Below, piece after piece: positions 11,801 to 26,200 of a stretch of 64,000 nt of DNA. Source of the DNA: Eledone cirrhosa (Eukaryota); assembly GCA_964016885.1 (NCBI GenBank), contig OZ024744.1:2356001-2420000 (forward strand), given 5' to 3'. Numbering within the stretch: the first letter of the stretch is position 1; the number at the start of each line of letters is the position of its first letter. Under the pieces are notes generated by a model, which saw nothing but the letters and a program-made list of their open reading frames with translations, searched no databases and had not been told where the DNA came from. The translations under genes and the position numbers were made by a program.

Positions 11801-14800
11801 CGTCGTTCTTCACCAAGCTATCTTTCTCTACCTTGTCTTCCCCCAAAACTTCGTTCTTCACCAAGCTATCTTTCACTACCTTGTCTTCACCAACAACTTC
11901 GTTCTTCACCAAGCTATCTTTCTCTACCTTGTCTTCCCTCAAAACTTCGTTCTTCATCAAGCTATCTTTATCTGCCTTGTCTTCCCACAAAACGTCGTTC
12001 TTCACCAAGCTATCTTTCTCTACCTTGTCTCCCCTCAAAACGTCGTTCTTCACCAAGCTATCTTTCTCTACCCATTCTTCCCTCAAAACTTCGTTCTTCA
12101 CCAAGCTATCTTTCTCTACCTTGTCTTCCCCCAAAACTTCGTTCTTCACCAAGCTATCTTTCTCTACCTTGTCTTCCCTCAAAACTACGTTCTTCACCAA
12201 GCTATCTTTCTCTACCTTGTCTTCCCCCAAAACTTCGTTCCTCACCAAGCTATCTTTCTCTACCTTGTCTTCCCTCAAAACATCGTTCTTCACCAAGCTA
12301 TCTTTCTCTACCTCGTCTTCCCCCAAAACTTCGTTCTTCACCAAGCTATCTTTCTCTACCTTGTCTTCCCTCAAAACGTCGTTCTTCACCAAGCTATCTT
12401 TCTCTATCTTGTCTTCCCCCAACACTTCGTTCTTCATCAAGCTATCTTTCTCTACCTTGTCTTCCCTCAAAACGTCTTTCTTCACCAAGCTATCTTTCTC
12501 TACCTTGTCTTCCCTCAAAACTTCGTTCTTCACCAAGCTATCTTTCTCTACCTTGTCTTCCCCCAAAACTCCGTTCTTCACCAAGCTATCTTTCTCTACC
12601 TTGTGCTCCCCCAAAGTTTCGTTCTTCATGAAGCTATCTTTCTCTACCTTGTCTTCCCTCAAAACGTCGTTCTTCACCAAGCTATCTTTCTCTACCCATT
12701 CTTCCCTCAAAACTTCGTTCTTCACCAAGCTATCTTTCTCTACCTTGTCTTCCCCTAAAACTTCGTTCTTCACCAAGCTATCTTTCTCTACCTTGCCTTC
12801 CCTCAAAACTTCGTTCTTCATCAAGCTATCTTTCTCTACTTTGTCTTCCTTCAAAACGTCGTTCTTCACCAAGCTATCTTTCTCTACCTTGTCTTCCCTC
12901 AAAACTTCGGTCGTTCTTCATCAAGCTATCTTTCTCTACCTTGTCTTCCCTCAAAACGTCGTTCTTCACCAAGCTATCTTTCTCTACCTTGTCTTCCCCA
13001 AAACTTCGTTCTTTACCAAGCTATCTTTCACTACCTTGTCTTCACCAACAACTTCGTTCTTCACCAAGCTATCTTTCTCTAGCATGTCTTCCCTCAAAAC
13101 TTCCTTCTTCACCAAGCTATCTTTCCCTACCTTGTCTTACCTCAAAACTTCGTTCTTCACCAAGCTATCTTTCTCTACCTTGCCTTCCCTCAAAACTTCG
13201 TTCTTCATCAAGCTATCTTTCTCTACTTTGTCTTCCTTCAAAACGTCGTTCTTCACCAAGCTATCTTTCTCTACCTTGTCTTCCCTCAAAACTTCGGTCG
13301 TTCTTCATCAAGCTATCTTTCTCTACCTTGTCTTCCCTCAAAACGTCGTTCTTCACCAAGCTATCTTTCTCTACCTTGTCTTCCCCAAAACTTCGTTCTT
13401 CACCAAGCTATCTTTCACTACCTTGTCTTCACCAACAACTTCGTTCTTCACCAAGCTATCTTTCTCTAGCATGTCTTCTCTCAAAACTTCGTTCTTCACC
13501 AAGCTATCTTTCTCTACCTTGTCTTCCCTCAAAACTCCGTTCTTCATCAAGCTATCTTTCTCTACCTTGTCTTCCCCCAAAACTTCGTTCTTCACCAAGC
13601 TATCTTTCACTACCTTGTCTTCACCAACAACTTCGTTCTTCACCAAGCTATCTTTCTCTAGCATGTCTTCCCTCAAAACTTCCTTCTTCACCAAGCTATC
13701 TTTCTCTACCTTGTCTTCCCTTAAAACTTCGTTCTTCACCAAGCTATCTTTCTCTACCTTGTCTTCCCCCAAAACTCCGTTCTTCACCAAGCTATCTTTC
13801 TCTACCTTGTCCTCCCCCAAGACTTCGTTCTTCATCAAGCTATCTTTCTCTACCTTGTCTTCCCTCAAAACGTCGTTCTTCACCAAGCTATCTTTCTCTA
13901 CCCATTCTTCCCTCAAAACTTCGTTCTTCACCAAGCTATCTTTCTCTACCTTGTCATTCTCCCAAAACTTCGTTCTTCACCAAGCTATCTTTCTCTACCT
14001 TGCCTTCCCTCAAAACTTCGTTCTTCATCAAGCTAACTTTCTCTACTTTTTCTTCCTTCAAAACGTCGTTCTTCACCAAGCTATCTTTCTGTACCTTGTC
14101 TTCCCTCGAAACTTCGGTCGTTCTTCATCAAGCTATCTTTCTCTACCTTGTCTTCCCTCAAAACGTCGTTCTTCACCAAGCTATCTTGCTCTACCCATTC
14201 TTCCCTCAAAACTTCGTTCTTCACCAAGCTATCTTTCTCTACCTTGTCTTCCCCCAAAACTTCGTTCTTCACCAAGCTATCTTTCTCTACCTTGTCTTCC
14301 CTCAAAACTTCGTTCTTCACCAAGCTATCTTTCTCTACCTTGTCTTCCCCCAAAACTTCGTTCCTCACCAAGCTATCTTTCTCTACCTTGTCTACCCTCA
14401 AAACTTCGTTCTTCACCAAGCTATCTTTCTTTACCTCGTCTTCCCCCAAAACTTCGTTCTTCACCAAGCTATCTTTCTCTACCTTGTCTTCCCTCAAAAC
14501 TTCGTTCTTCATCAAGCTATCTTTATCTACCTTGTCTTCCCACAAAACGTCGTTCTTCACCAAACTATCTTTCTCTACCTTGTCTCCCCTCAAAACGTCG
14601 TTCTTCACCAAGCTATCTTTCTCTACCCATTCTTCCCTCAAAACCTCGTTCTTCACCAAGCTATCTTTCTCTACCTTGTCTTCCCCCAAAACTTCGTTCT
14701 TCACCAAGCTATCTTTCTCTACCTTGTCTTCCCTCAAAACTACGTTCTTCACCAAGCTATCTTTCTCTACCTTGTCTTCCCCCAAAACTTCGTTCCTCAC

Positions 14801-16504
14801 CAAGCTATCTTTCTCTACCTTGTCTTCCCTCAAAACTTCGTTCTTCACCAAGCTATCTTTCTCTACCTCGTCTTCCCCCAAAACTTCGTTCTTCACCAAG
14901 CTATCTTTCTCTACCTTGTCTTCCCTCAAAACGTCGTTCTTCACCAAGCTATCTTTCTCTATCTTGTCTTCCGCCAACACTTCGTTCTTCATCAAGATAT
15001 CTTTCTCTACTTTGTCATCCCTCAAAACGTCGTTCTTCACCAAGCTATCTTTCTCTACCTTGTCTTCCCTCAAAACTTCGTTCGTTCTTCATCAAGCTAT
15101 CTTTCTCTACCTTGTCTTCCCTCAAAACTTCGTTATTCACCAAGCTATCTTTCTCTACCTTGTCTTCCCCCAAAACTTCGTTCTTCATCAAGCTATCTTT
15201 CCTACCTTGTCTTCCCTCAAAACGTCGTTCTTCACCAAGCTATCTTTCTCTACCTTGCCTTCCCTCAAAACGTCGTTCTTCACCAAGCTATCTTTCTCTA
15301 CCTTGTCTTCCCTCAAAACGTCGTTCTTCACCAAGCTATCTTTCTCTACCCATTCTTCCCTCAAAACTTCGTTCTTCACCAAGCTATCTTTCTCTACCTT
15401 GTCTTCCCTCAAAACTTCGTTCTTCATCAAGCTATCTTTCTCTACCTTGTCTTCCCACAAAACTTCGTTCTTCACCAAGCTATCTTTCTCTACCTTGTCT
15501 CCCCTCAAAACGTCGTTCTTCACCAAGCTATGTTTCTCTACCCATTCTTCCCTCAAAACATCGTTCTTCACCAAGCTATCTTTCTCTACCTTGTCTCCCC
15601 CAAAAGTTCGTTCTTCACCAAGCTATCTTTCTCTACCTTATCTTCCCTCAACACTTCGTTCTTCATCAAGCTATCTTTCTCTACCTTGTCTTCCCTCAAA
15701 ACGTCGTTCTTCACCAAGCTATCTTTCTCTACCTCGTCTTCCCCCAACACTTCGTTCTTCATCAAGCTATCTTTCTCTACCTTGTCTTCCCTCAAAACGT
15801 CGTTCTTCACCAAGCTATCTTTCTCTACCTTGTCTTCCCCCAACACTTCGTTCTTCATCAAGCTATCTTTCTCTACCTTGTCTTCCCTCAAAACGTCGTT
15901 CTTCACCAAGCTATCTTTCTCTACCTTGTCTTCCCTTAAAACTTCGTTCTCCACCAAGCTATCTTTCTCTACCTTGTCTTCTCCCAAAACTCCGTCCTTC
16001 ACCAAGCTATCTTTCTCTACCTTGTCCTCCCCCAAAACTTCGTTCTTCATCAAGCTATCTGTCTCTACCTTGTCTTCCCTCAAAACGTCTTTCTTCACCA
16101 AGCTATCTTTCTCTACCTTGTCTTCCCTCAAAACTTCGTTCTTCACCAAGCTATCTTTCTCTACCTTGTCTACCCCCAAAACTTCGTTCTTCACCAAGCT
16201 ATCTTTCTCTACCTTGTCTTCCCTCAAAACTTCGTTCTTCACCAAGCTATCTTTCTCTACCTTGTCTTCCCTCAAAACGTCGTTCTTCACCAAGCTATCT
16301 TTCTCTACCTTGTCTTCCCCAAAAACTTCGTTCTTCACCAAGCTATTTTTCACTACCTTGTCTTCACCAACAACTTCGTTCTTCACCAAGCTATCTTTCT
16401 CTACCTTGTCTTCCCTCAAAACTTCGTTCTTCATCAAGCTATCTTTGTCTACCTTGTCTTCCCACAAAACGTCGTTCTTCACCAAGCTATCTTTCTCTAC
16501 CCAT
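5900..16504. repeat. Higher-order repeat, period 4,961 bp (103 monomers), ~2.1 tandem copies
   Basis: ORF pairs 6757/11718, 8410/13371, 9120/14081, 10227/15188 and 10625/15586 all differ by 4,961. This equals 103x48 plus a net +17 from five +4, four -1 and one +1 indel. The private variant TTCTTTACCAAG occurs at ~8050 and ~13010. Confidence 0.93.
7800..8517. repeat. Internal duplication at 387-bp offset (8 monomers +3) inside the 103-mer HOR
   Basis: TTGCC variant at 7834/8221 and TTCGGTCG at 7945/8332. The same pair recurs at 12906/13293, 22578/22965, 27443/27830 and 48653/49040. Confidence 0.88.
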
Positions 16505-17846
16505 TCTTCCCCCAAAACTTCGTTCTTCATCAAGCTATCTTTCCTACCTTGTCTTCCCTCAAAACGTCGTTCTTCACCAAGCTATCTTTCTCTACCTTGC
16601 CTTCCCTCAAAACGTCGTTCTTCACCAAGCTATCTTTCTCTACCTTGTCTTCCCTCAAAACGTCGTTCTTCACCAAGCTATCTTTCTCTACCCATTCTTC
16701 CCTCAAAACTTCGTTCTTCACCAAGCTATCTTTCTCTACCTTGTCTTCCCTCAAAACTTCGTTCTTCATCAAGCTATCTTTCTCTACCTTGTCTTCCCAC
16801 AAAACTTCGTTCTTCACCAAGCTATCTTTCTCTACCTTGTCTCCCCTCAAAACGTCGTTCTTCACCAAGCTATGTTTCTCTACCCATTCTTCCCTCAAAA
16901 CATCGTTCTTCACCAAGCTATCTTTCTCTACCTTGTCTCCCCCAAAAGTTCGTTCTTCACCAAGCTATCTTTCTCTACCTTATCTTCCCTCAACACTTCG
17001 TTCTTCATCAAGCTATCTTTCTCTACCTTGTCTTCCCTCAAAACGTCGTTCTTCACCAAGCTATCTTTCTCTACCTCGTCTTCCCCCAACACTTCGTTCT
17101 TCATCAAGCTATCTTTCTCTACCTTGTCTTCCCTCAAAACGTCGTTCTTCACCAAGCTATCTTTCTCTACCTTGTCTTCCCCCAACACTTCGTTCTTCAT
17201 CAAGCTATCTTTCTCTACCTTGTCTTCCCTCAAAACGTCGTTCTTCACCAAGCTATCTTTCTCTACCTTGTCTTCCCTTAAAACTTCGTTCTCCACCAAG
17301 CTATCTTTCTCTACCTTGTCTTCTCCCAAAACTCCGTCCTTCACCAAGCTATCTTTCTCTACCTTGTCCTCCCCCAAAACTTCGTTCTTCATCAAGCTAT
17401 CTGTCTCTACCTTGTCTTCCCTCAAAACGTCTTTCTTCACCAAGCTATCTTTCTCTACCTTGTCTTCCCTCAAAACTTCGTTCTTCACCAAGCTATCTTT
17501 CTCTACCTTGTCTACCCCCAAAACTTCGTTCTTCACCAAGCTATCTTTCTCTACCTTGTCTTCCCTCAAAACTTCGTTCTTCACCAAGCTATCTTTCTCT
17601 ACCTTGTCTTCCCTCAAAACGTCGTTCTTCACCAAGCTATCTTTCTCTACCTTGTCTTCCCCAAAAACTTCGTTCTTCACCAAGCTATTTTTCACTACCT
17701 TGTCTTCACCAACAACTTCGTTCTTCACCAAGCTATCTTTCTCTACCTTGTCTTCCCTCAAAACTTCGTTCTTCATCAAGCTATCTTTGTCTACCTTGTC
17801 TTCCCACAAAACGTCGTTCTTCACCAAGCTATCTTTCTCTACCCAT
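15163..17846. repeat. Tandem duplication of 1,342 bp (28 monomers -2)
   Basis: ORF pairs 15188/16530 and 15586/16928 differ by 1,342. A chimeric junction monomer sits at ~16500-16550. Confidence 0.92.
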
Positions 17847-18949
17847 TCTTCCCTCAAAACTTCGTTCTTCACCAAGCTATCTTTCTCTACCTTGTCTTCC
17901 CCCAAAACTTCGTTCTTCCCCAAGCTATATTTCTCTACCTTGCCTTCCCTCAAAACTTCGTTCTTCATCAAGCTATCTTTCTCTACTTTGTCTTCCCTCA
18001 AAACGTCGTTCTTCACCAAGCTATCTTTCTCTACCTTGTCTTCCCTCAAAACTTCGTTCGTTCTTCATCAAGCTATCTTTCTCTACCTTGTCTTCCCTCA
18101 AAACGTCGTTCTTCACCAAGCTATCTTTCTCTACCTTGTCTTCCCCCAAAACTTCGTTCTTCACCAAGCTATCTTTCACTACCTTGTCTTCACCAACAAC
18201 TTCGTTCTTCACCAAGCTATCTTTCTCTACCTTGTCTTCCCTCAAAACTTCGTTCTTCATCAAGCTATCTTTATCTGCCTTGTCTTCCCACAAAACGTCG
18301 TTCTTCACCAAGCTATCTTTCTCTACCTTGTCTCCCCTCAAAACGTCGTTCTTCACCAAGCTATCTTTCTCTACCCATTCTTCCCTCAAAACTTCGTTCT
18401 TCACCAAGCTATCTTTCTCTACCTTGTCTTCCCCCAAAACTTCGTTCTTCACCAAGCTATCTTTCTCTACCTTGTCTTCCCTCAAAACTACGTTCTTCAC
18501 CAAGCTATCTTTCTCTACCTTGTCTTCCCCCAAAACTTCGTTCCTCACCAAGCTATCTTTCTCTACCTTGTCTTCCCTCAAAACATCGTTCTTCACCAAG
18601 CTATCTTTCTCTACCTCGTCTTCCCCCAAAACTTCGTTCTTCACCAAGCTATCTTTCTCTACCTTGTCTTCCCTCAAAACGTCGTTCTTCACCAAGCTAT
18701 CTTTCTCTATCTTGTCTTCCCCCAACACTTCGTTCTTCATCAAGCTATCTTTCTCTACCTTGTCTTCCCTCAAAACGTCTTTCTTCACCAAGCTATCTTT
18801 CTCTACCTTGTCTTCCCTCAAAACTTCGTTCTTCACCAAGCTATCTTTCTCTACCTTGTCTTCCCCCAAAACTCCGTTCTTCACCAAGCTATCTTTCTCT
18901 ACCTTGTCCTCCCCCAAAGTTTCGTTCTTCATGAAGCTATCTTTCTCTA

Positions 18950-19920
18950 CCTTGTCTTCCCTCAAAACGTCGTTCTTCACCAAGCTATCTTTCTCTACCC
19001 ATTCTTCCCTCAAAACTTCGTTCTTCACCAAGCTATCTTTCTCTACCTTGTCTTCCCCTAAAACTTCGTTCTTCACCAAGCTATCTTTCTCTACCTTGCC
19101 TTCCCTCAAAACTTCGTTCTTCATCAAGCTATCTTTCTCTACTTTGTCTTCCTTCAAAACGTCGTTCTTCACCAAGCTATCTTTCTCTACCTTGTCTTCC
19201 CTCAAAACTTCGGTCGTTCTTCATCAAGCTATCTTTCTCTACCTTGTCTTCCCTCAAAACGTCGTTCTTCACCAAGCTATCTTTCTCTACCTTGTCTTCC
19301 CCAAAACTTCGTTCTTCACCAAGCTATCTTTCACTACCTTGTCTTCACCAACAACTTCGTTCTTCACCAAGCTATCTTTCTCTAGCATGTCTTCCCTCAA
19401 AACTTCCTTCTTCACCAAGCTATCTTTCCCTACCTTGTCTTCCCTCAAAACGTCGTTCTTCACCAAGCTATCTTTCTCTACCCATTCTTCCCTCAAAACT
19501 TCGTTCTTCACCAAGCTATCTTTCTCTACCTTGTCTTCCCCTAAAACTTCGTTCTTCACCAAGCTATCTTTCTCTACCTTGCCTTCCCTCAAAACTTCGT
19601 TCTTCATCAAGCTATCTTTCTCTACTTTGTCTTCCTTCAAAACGTCGTTCTTCACCAAGCTATCTTTCTCTACCTTGTCTTCCCTCAAAACTTCGGTCGT
19701 TCTTCATCAAGCTATCTTTCTCTACCTTGTCTTCCCTCAAAACGTCGTTCTTCACCAAGCTATCTTTCTCTACCTTGTCTTCCCCAAAACTTCGTTCTTC
19801 ACCAAGCTATCTTTCACTACCTTGTCTTCACCAACAACTTCGTTCTTCACCAAGCTATCTTTCTCTAGCATGTCTTCCCTCAAAACTTCCTTCTTCACCA
19901 AGCTATCTTTCCCTACCTTG
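18950..19920. repeat. Tandem duplication of 483 bp (10 monomers +3)
   Basis: TTCGGTCG at 19209/19692 and ORF starts 19205/19688. At the junction near 19430-19445, the TTTCCCTACC variant is not followed by its usual TTACCTC partner. Confidence 0.88.
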
Positions 19921-20299
19921 TCTTACCTCAAAACTTCGTTCTTCATCAAGCTATCTTTCTCTACCTTGTCTTCCCTCAAAACGTCGTTCTTCACCAAGCT
20001 ATCTTTCTCTACCTTGCCTTCCCTCAAAACGTCGTTCTTCACCAAGCTATCTTTCTCTACCTTGTCTTCCCTTAAAACGTCGTTCTTCACCAAGCTATCT
20101 TTCTCTACCCATTCTTCCCTCAAAACTTCGTTCTTCATCAAGCTATCTTTCTCTACCTTGTCTTCCCACAAAACTTCGTTCTTCACCAAGCTATCTTTCT
20201 CTACCTTGTCTCCCCTCAAAACGTCGTTCTTCACCAAGCTATGTTTCTCTACCCATTCTTCCCTCAAAACATCGTTCTTCACCAAGCTATCTTTCTCTA

Positions 20300-23200
20300 C
20301 CTTGTCTCCCCCAAAAGTTCGTTCTTCACCAAGCTATCTTTCTCTACCTTATCTTCCCTCAACACTTCGTTCTTCATCAAGCTATCTTTCTCTACCTTGT
20401 CTTCCCTCAAAACGTCGTTCTTCACCAAGCTATCTTTCTCTACCTTATCTTCCCTCAACACTTCGTTCTTCATCAAGCTATCTTTCTCTACCTTGTCTTC
20501 CCTCAAAACGTCGTTCTTCACCAAGCTATCTTTCTCTACCTTGTCTTCCCCCAACACTTCGTTCTTCATCAAGCTATCTTTCTCTACCTTGTCTTCCCTC
20601 AAAACGTCGTTCTTCACCAAGCTATCTTTCTCTACCTTGTCTTCCCTTAAAACTTCGTTCTCCACCAAGCTATCTTTCTCTACCTTGTCTTCTCCCAAAA
20701 CTCCGTCCTTCACCAAGCTATCTTTCTCTACCTTGTCCTCCCCCAAAACTTCGTTCTTCATCAAGCTATCTGTCTCTACCTTGTCTTCCCTCAAAACGTC
20801 TTTCTTCACCAAGCTATCTTTCTCTACCTTGTCTTCCCTCAAAACTTCGTTCTTCACCAAGCTATCTTTCTCTACCTTGTCTACCCCCAAAACTTCGTTC
20901 TTCACCAAGCTATCTTTCTCTACCTTGTCTTCCCTCAAAACTTCGTTCTTCACCAAGCTATCTTTCTCTACCTTGTCTTCCCTCAAAACGTCGTTCTTCA
21001 CCAAGCTATCTTTCTCTACCTTGTCTTCCCCAAAAACTTCGTTCTTCACCAAGCTATTTTTCACTACCTTGTCTTCACCAACAACTTCGTTCTTCACCAA
21101 GCTATCTTTCTCTACCTTGTCTTCCCTCAAAACTTCGTTCTTCATCAAGCTATCTTTGTCTACCTTGTCTTCCCACAAAACGTCGTTCTTCACCAAGCTA
21201 TCTTTCTCTACCCATTCTTCCCTCAAAACTTCGTTCTTCACCAAGCTATCTTTCTCTACCTTGTCTTCCCCCAAAACTTCGTTCTTCCCCAAGCTATATT
21301 TCTCTACCTTGCCTTCCCTCAAAACTTCGTTCTTCATCAAGCTATCTTTCTCTACTTTGTCTTCCCTCAAAACGTCGTTCTTCACCAAGCTATCTTTCTC
21401 TACCTTGTCTTCCCTCAAAACTTCGTTCGTTCTTCATCAAGCTATCTTTCTCTACCTTGTCTTCCCTCAAAACGTCGTTCTTCACCAAGCTATCTTTCTC
21501 TACCTTGTCTTCCCCCAAAACTTCGTTCTTCACCAAGCTATCTTTCACTACCTTGTCTTCACCAACAACTTCGTTCTTCACCAAGCTATCTTTCTCTACC
21601 TTGTCTTCCCTCAAAACTTCGTTCTTCATCAAGCTATCTTTATCTGCCTTGTCTTCCCACAAAACGTCGTTCTTCACCAAGCTAGCTTTCTCTACCTTGT
21701 CTCCCCTCAAAACGTCGTTCTTCACCAAGCTATCTTTCTCTACCCATTCTTCCCTCAAAACTTCGTTCTTCACCAAGCTATCTTTCTCTACCTTGTCTTC
21801 CCCCAAAACTTCGTTCTTCACCAAGCTATCTTTCTCTACCTTGTCTTCCCTCAAAACTACGTTCTTCACCAAGCTATCTTTCTCTACCTTGTCTTCCCCC
21901 AAAACTTCGTTCCTCACCAAGCTATCTTTCTCTACCTTGTCTTCCCTCAAAACATCGTTCTTCACCAAGCTATCTTTCTCTACCTCGTCTTCCCCCAAAA
22001 CTTCGTTCTTCACCAAGCTATCTTTCTCTACCTTGTCTTCCCTCAAAACGTCGTTCTTCACCAAGCTATCTTTCTCTATCTTGTCTTCCCCCAACACTTC
22101 GTTCTTCATCAAGCTATCTTTCTCTACCTTGTCTTCCCTCAAAACGTCTTTCTTCACCAAGCTATCTTTCTCTACCTTGTCTTCCCTCAAAACTTCGTTC
22201 TTCACCAAGCTATCTTTCTCTACCTTGTCTTCCCCCAAAACTCCGTTCTTCACCAAGCTATCTTTCTCTACCTTGTCCTCCCCCAAAGTTTCGTTCTTCA
22301 TGAAGCTATCTTTCTCTACCTTGTCTTCCCTCAAAACGTCGTTCTTCACCAAGCTATCTTTCTCTACCCATTCTTCCCTCAAAACTTCGTTCTTCACCAA
22401 GCTATCTTTCTCTACCTTGTCTTCCCCTAAAACTTCGTTCTTCACCAAGCTATCTTTCTCTACCTTGCCTTCCCTCAAAACTTCGTTCTTCATCAAGCTA
22501 TCTTTCTCTACTTTGTCTTCCTTCAAAACGTCGTTCTTCACCAAGCTATCTTTCTCTACCTTGTCTTCCCTCAAAACTTCGGTCGTTCTTCATCAAGCTA
22601 TCTTTCTCTACCTTGTCTTCCCTCAAAACGTCGTTCTTCACCAAGCTATCTTTCTCTACCTTGTCTTCCCCAAAACTTCGTTCTTCACCAAGCTATCTTT
22701 CACTACCTTGTCTTCACCAACAACTTCGTTCTTCACCAAGCTATCTTTCTCTAGCATGTCTTCCCTCAAAACTTCCTTCTTCACCAAGCTATCTTTCCCT
22801 ACCTTGTCTTACCTCAAAACTTCGTTCTTCACCAAGCTATCTTTCTCTACCTTGCCTTCCCTCAAAACTTCGTTCTTCATCAAGCTATCTTTCTCTACTT
22901 TGTCTTCCTTCAAAACGTCGTTCTTCACCAAGCTATCTTTCTCTACCTTGTCTTCCCTCAAAACTTCGGTCGTTCTTCATCAAGCTATCTTTCTCTACCT
23001 TGTCTTCCCTCAAAACGTCGTTCTTCACCAAGCTATCTTTCTCTACCTTGTCTTCCCCAAAACTTCGTTCTTCACCAAGCTATCTTTCACTACCTTGTCT
23101 TCACCAACAACTTCGTTCTTCACCAAGCTATCTTTCTCTAGCATGTCTTCTCTCAAAACTTCGTTCTTCACCAAGCTATCTTTCTCTACCTTGTCTTCCC

Positions 23201-26200
23201 TCAAAACTCCGTTCTTCATCAAGCTATCTTTCTCTACCTTGTCTTCCCCCAAAACTTCGTTCTTCACCAAGCTATCTTTCACTACCTTGTCTTCACCAAC
23301 AACTTCGTTCTTCACCAAGCTATCTTTCTCTAGCATGTCTTCCCTCAAAACTTCCTTCTTCACCAAGCTATCTTTCTCTACCTTGTCTTCCCTTAAAACT
23401 TCGTTCTTCACCAAGCTATCTTTCTCTACCTTGTCTTCCCCCAAAACTCCGTTCTTCACCAAGCTATCTTTCTCTACCTTGTCCTCCCCCAAGACTTCGT
23501 TCTTCATCAAGCTATCTTTCTCTACCTTGTCTTCCCTCAAAACGTCGTTCTTCACCAAGCTATCTTTCTCTACCCATTCTTCCCTCAAAACTTCGTTCTT
23601 CACCAAGCTATCTTTCTCTACCTTGTCATTCTCCCAAAACTTCGTTCTTCACCAAGCTATCTTTCTCTACCTTGCCTTCCCTCAAAACTTCGTTCTTCAT
23701 CAAGCTAACTTTCTCTACTTTTTCTTCCTTCAAAACGTCGTTCTTCACCAAGCTATCTTTCTGTACCTTGTCTTCCCTCGAAACTTCGGTCGTTCTTCAT
23801 CAAGCTATCTTTCTCTACCTTGTCTTCCCTCAAAACGTCGTTCTTCACCAAGCTATCTTGCTCTACCCATTCTTCCCTCAAAACTTCGTTCTTCACCAAG
23901 CTATCTTTCTCTACCTTGTCTTCCCCCAAAACTTCGTTCTTCACCAAGCTATCTTTCTCTACCTTGTCTTCCCTCAAAACTTCGTTCTTCACCAAGCTAT
24001 CTTTCTCTACCTTGTCTTCCCCCAAAACTTCGTTCCTCACCAAGCTATCTTTCTCTACCTTGTCTTCCCTCAAAACTTCGTTCTTCACCAAGCTATCTTT
24101 CTTTACCTCGTCTTCCCCCAAAACTTCGTTCTTCACCAAGCTATCTTTCTCTACCTTGTCTTCCCTCAAAACTTCGTTCTTCATCAAGCTATCTTTATCT
24201 ACCTTGTCTTCCCACAAAACGTCGTTCTTCACCAAACTATCTTTCTCTACCTTGTCTCCCCTCAAAACGTCGTTCTTCACCAAGCTATCTTTCTCTACCC
24301 ATTCTTCCCTCAAAACCTCGTTCTTCACCAAGCTATCTTTCTCTACCTTGTCTTCCCCCAAAACTTCGTTCTTCACCAAGCTATCTTTCTCTACCTTGTC
24401 TTCCCTCAAAACTACATTCTTCACCAAGCTATCTTTCTCTACCTTGTCTTCCCCCAAAACTTCGTTCCTCACCAAGCTATCTTTCTCTACCTTGTCTTCC
24501 CTCAAAACTTCGTTCTTCACCAAGCTATCTTTCTCTACCTCGTCTTCCCCCAAAACTTCGTTCTTCACCAAGCTATCTTTCTCTACCTTGTCTTCCCTCA
24601 AAACGTCGTTCTTCACCAAGCTATCTTTCTCTATCTTGTCTTCCGCCAACACTTCGTTCTTCATCAAGATATCTTTCTCTACTTTGTCATCCCTCAAAAC
24701 GTCGTTCTTCACCAAGCTATCTTTCTCTACCTTGTCTTCCCTCAAAACTTCGTTCGTTCTTCATCAAGCTATCTTTCTCTACCTTGTCTTCCCTCAAAAC
24801 TTCGTTATTCACCAAGCTATCTTTCTCTACCTTGTCTTCCCCCAAAACTTCGTTCTTCATCAAGCTATCTTTCCTACCTTGTCTTCCCTCAAAACGTCGT
24901 TCTTCACCAAGCTATCTTTCTCTACCTTGCCTTCCCTCAAAACGTCGTTCTTCACCAAGCTATCTTTCTCTACCTTGTCTTCCCTCAAAACGTCGTTCTT
25001 CACCAAGCTATCTTTCTCTACCCATTCTTCCCTCAAAACTTCGTTCTTCACCAAGCTATCTTTCTCTACCTTGTCTTCCCTCAAAACTTCGTTCTTCATC
25101 AAGCTATCTTTCTCTACCTTGTCTTCCCACAAAACTTCGTTCTTCACCAAGCTATCTTTCTCTACCTTGTCTCCCCTCAAAACGTCGTTCTTCACCAAGC
25201 TATGTTTCTCTACCCATTCTTCCCTCAAAACATCGTTCTTCACCAAGCTATCTTTCTCTACCTTGTCTCCCCCAAAAGTTCGTTCTTCACCAAGCTATCT
25301 TTCTCTACCTTATCTTCCCTCAACACTTCGTTCTTCATCAAGCTATCTTTCTCTACCTTGTCTTCCCTCAAAACGTCGTTCTTCACCAAGCTATCTTTCT
25401 CTACCTCGTCTTCCCCCAACACTTCGTTCTTCATCAAGCTATCTTTCTCTACCTTGTCTTCCCTCAAAACGTCGTTCTTCACCAAGCTATCTTTCTCTAC
25501 CTTGTCTTCCCCCAACACTTCGTTCTTCATCAAACTATCTTTCTCTACCTTGTCTTCCCTCAAAACGTCGTTCTTCACCAAGCTATCTTTCTCTACCTTG
25601 TCTTCCCTTAAAACTTCGTTCTCCACCAAGCTATCTTTCTCTACCTTGTCTTCTCCCAAAACTCCGTCCTTCACCAAGCTATCTTTCTCTACCTTGTCCT
25701 CCCCCAAAACTTCGTTCTTCATCAAGCTATCTGTCTCTACCTTGTCTTCCCTCAAAACGTCTTTCTTCACCAAGCTATCTTTCTCTACCTTGTCTTCCCT
25801 CAAAACTTCGTTCTTCACCAAGCTATCTTTCTCTACCTTGTCTACCCCCAAAACTTCGTTCTTCACCAAGCTATCTTTCTCTACCTTGTCTTCCCTCAAA
25901 ACGTCGTTCTTCACCAAACTATCTTTCTCTACCTTGTCTTCCCCAAAAACTTCGTTCTTCACCAAGCTATTTTTCACTACCTTGTCTTCACCAACAACTT
26001 CGTTCTTCACCAAGCTATCTTTCTCTACCTTGTCTTCCCTCAAAACTTCGTTCTTCATCAAGCTATCTTTGTCTACCTTGTCTTCCCACAAAACGTCGTT
26101 CTTCACCAAGCTATCTTTCTCTACCCATTCTTCCCTCAAAACTTCGTTCTTCACCAAGCTATCTTTCTCTACCTTGTCTTCCCCCAAAACTTCGTTCTTC

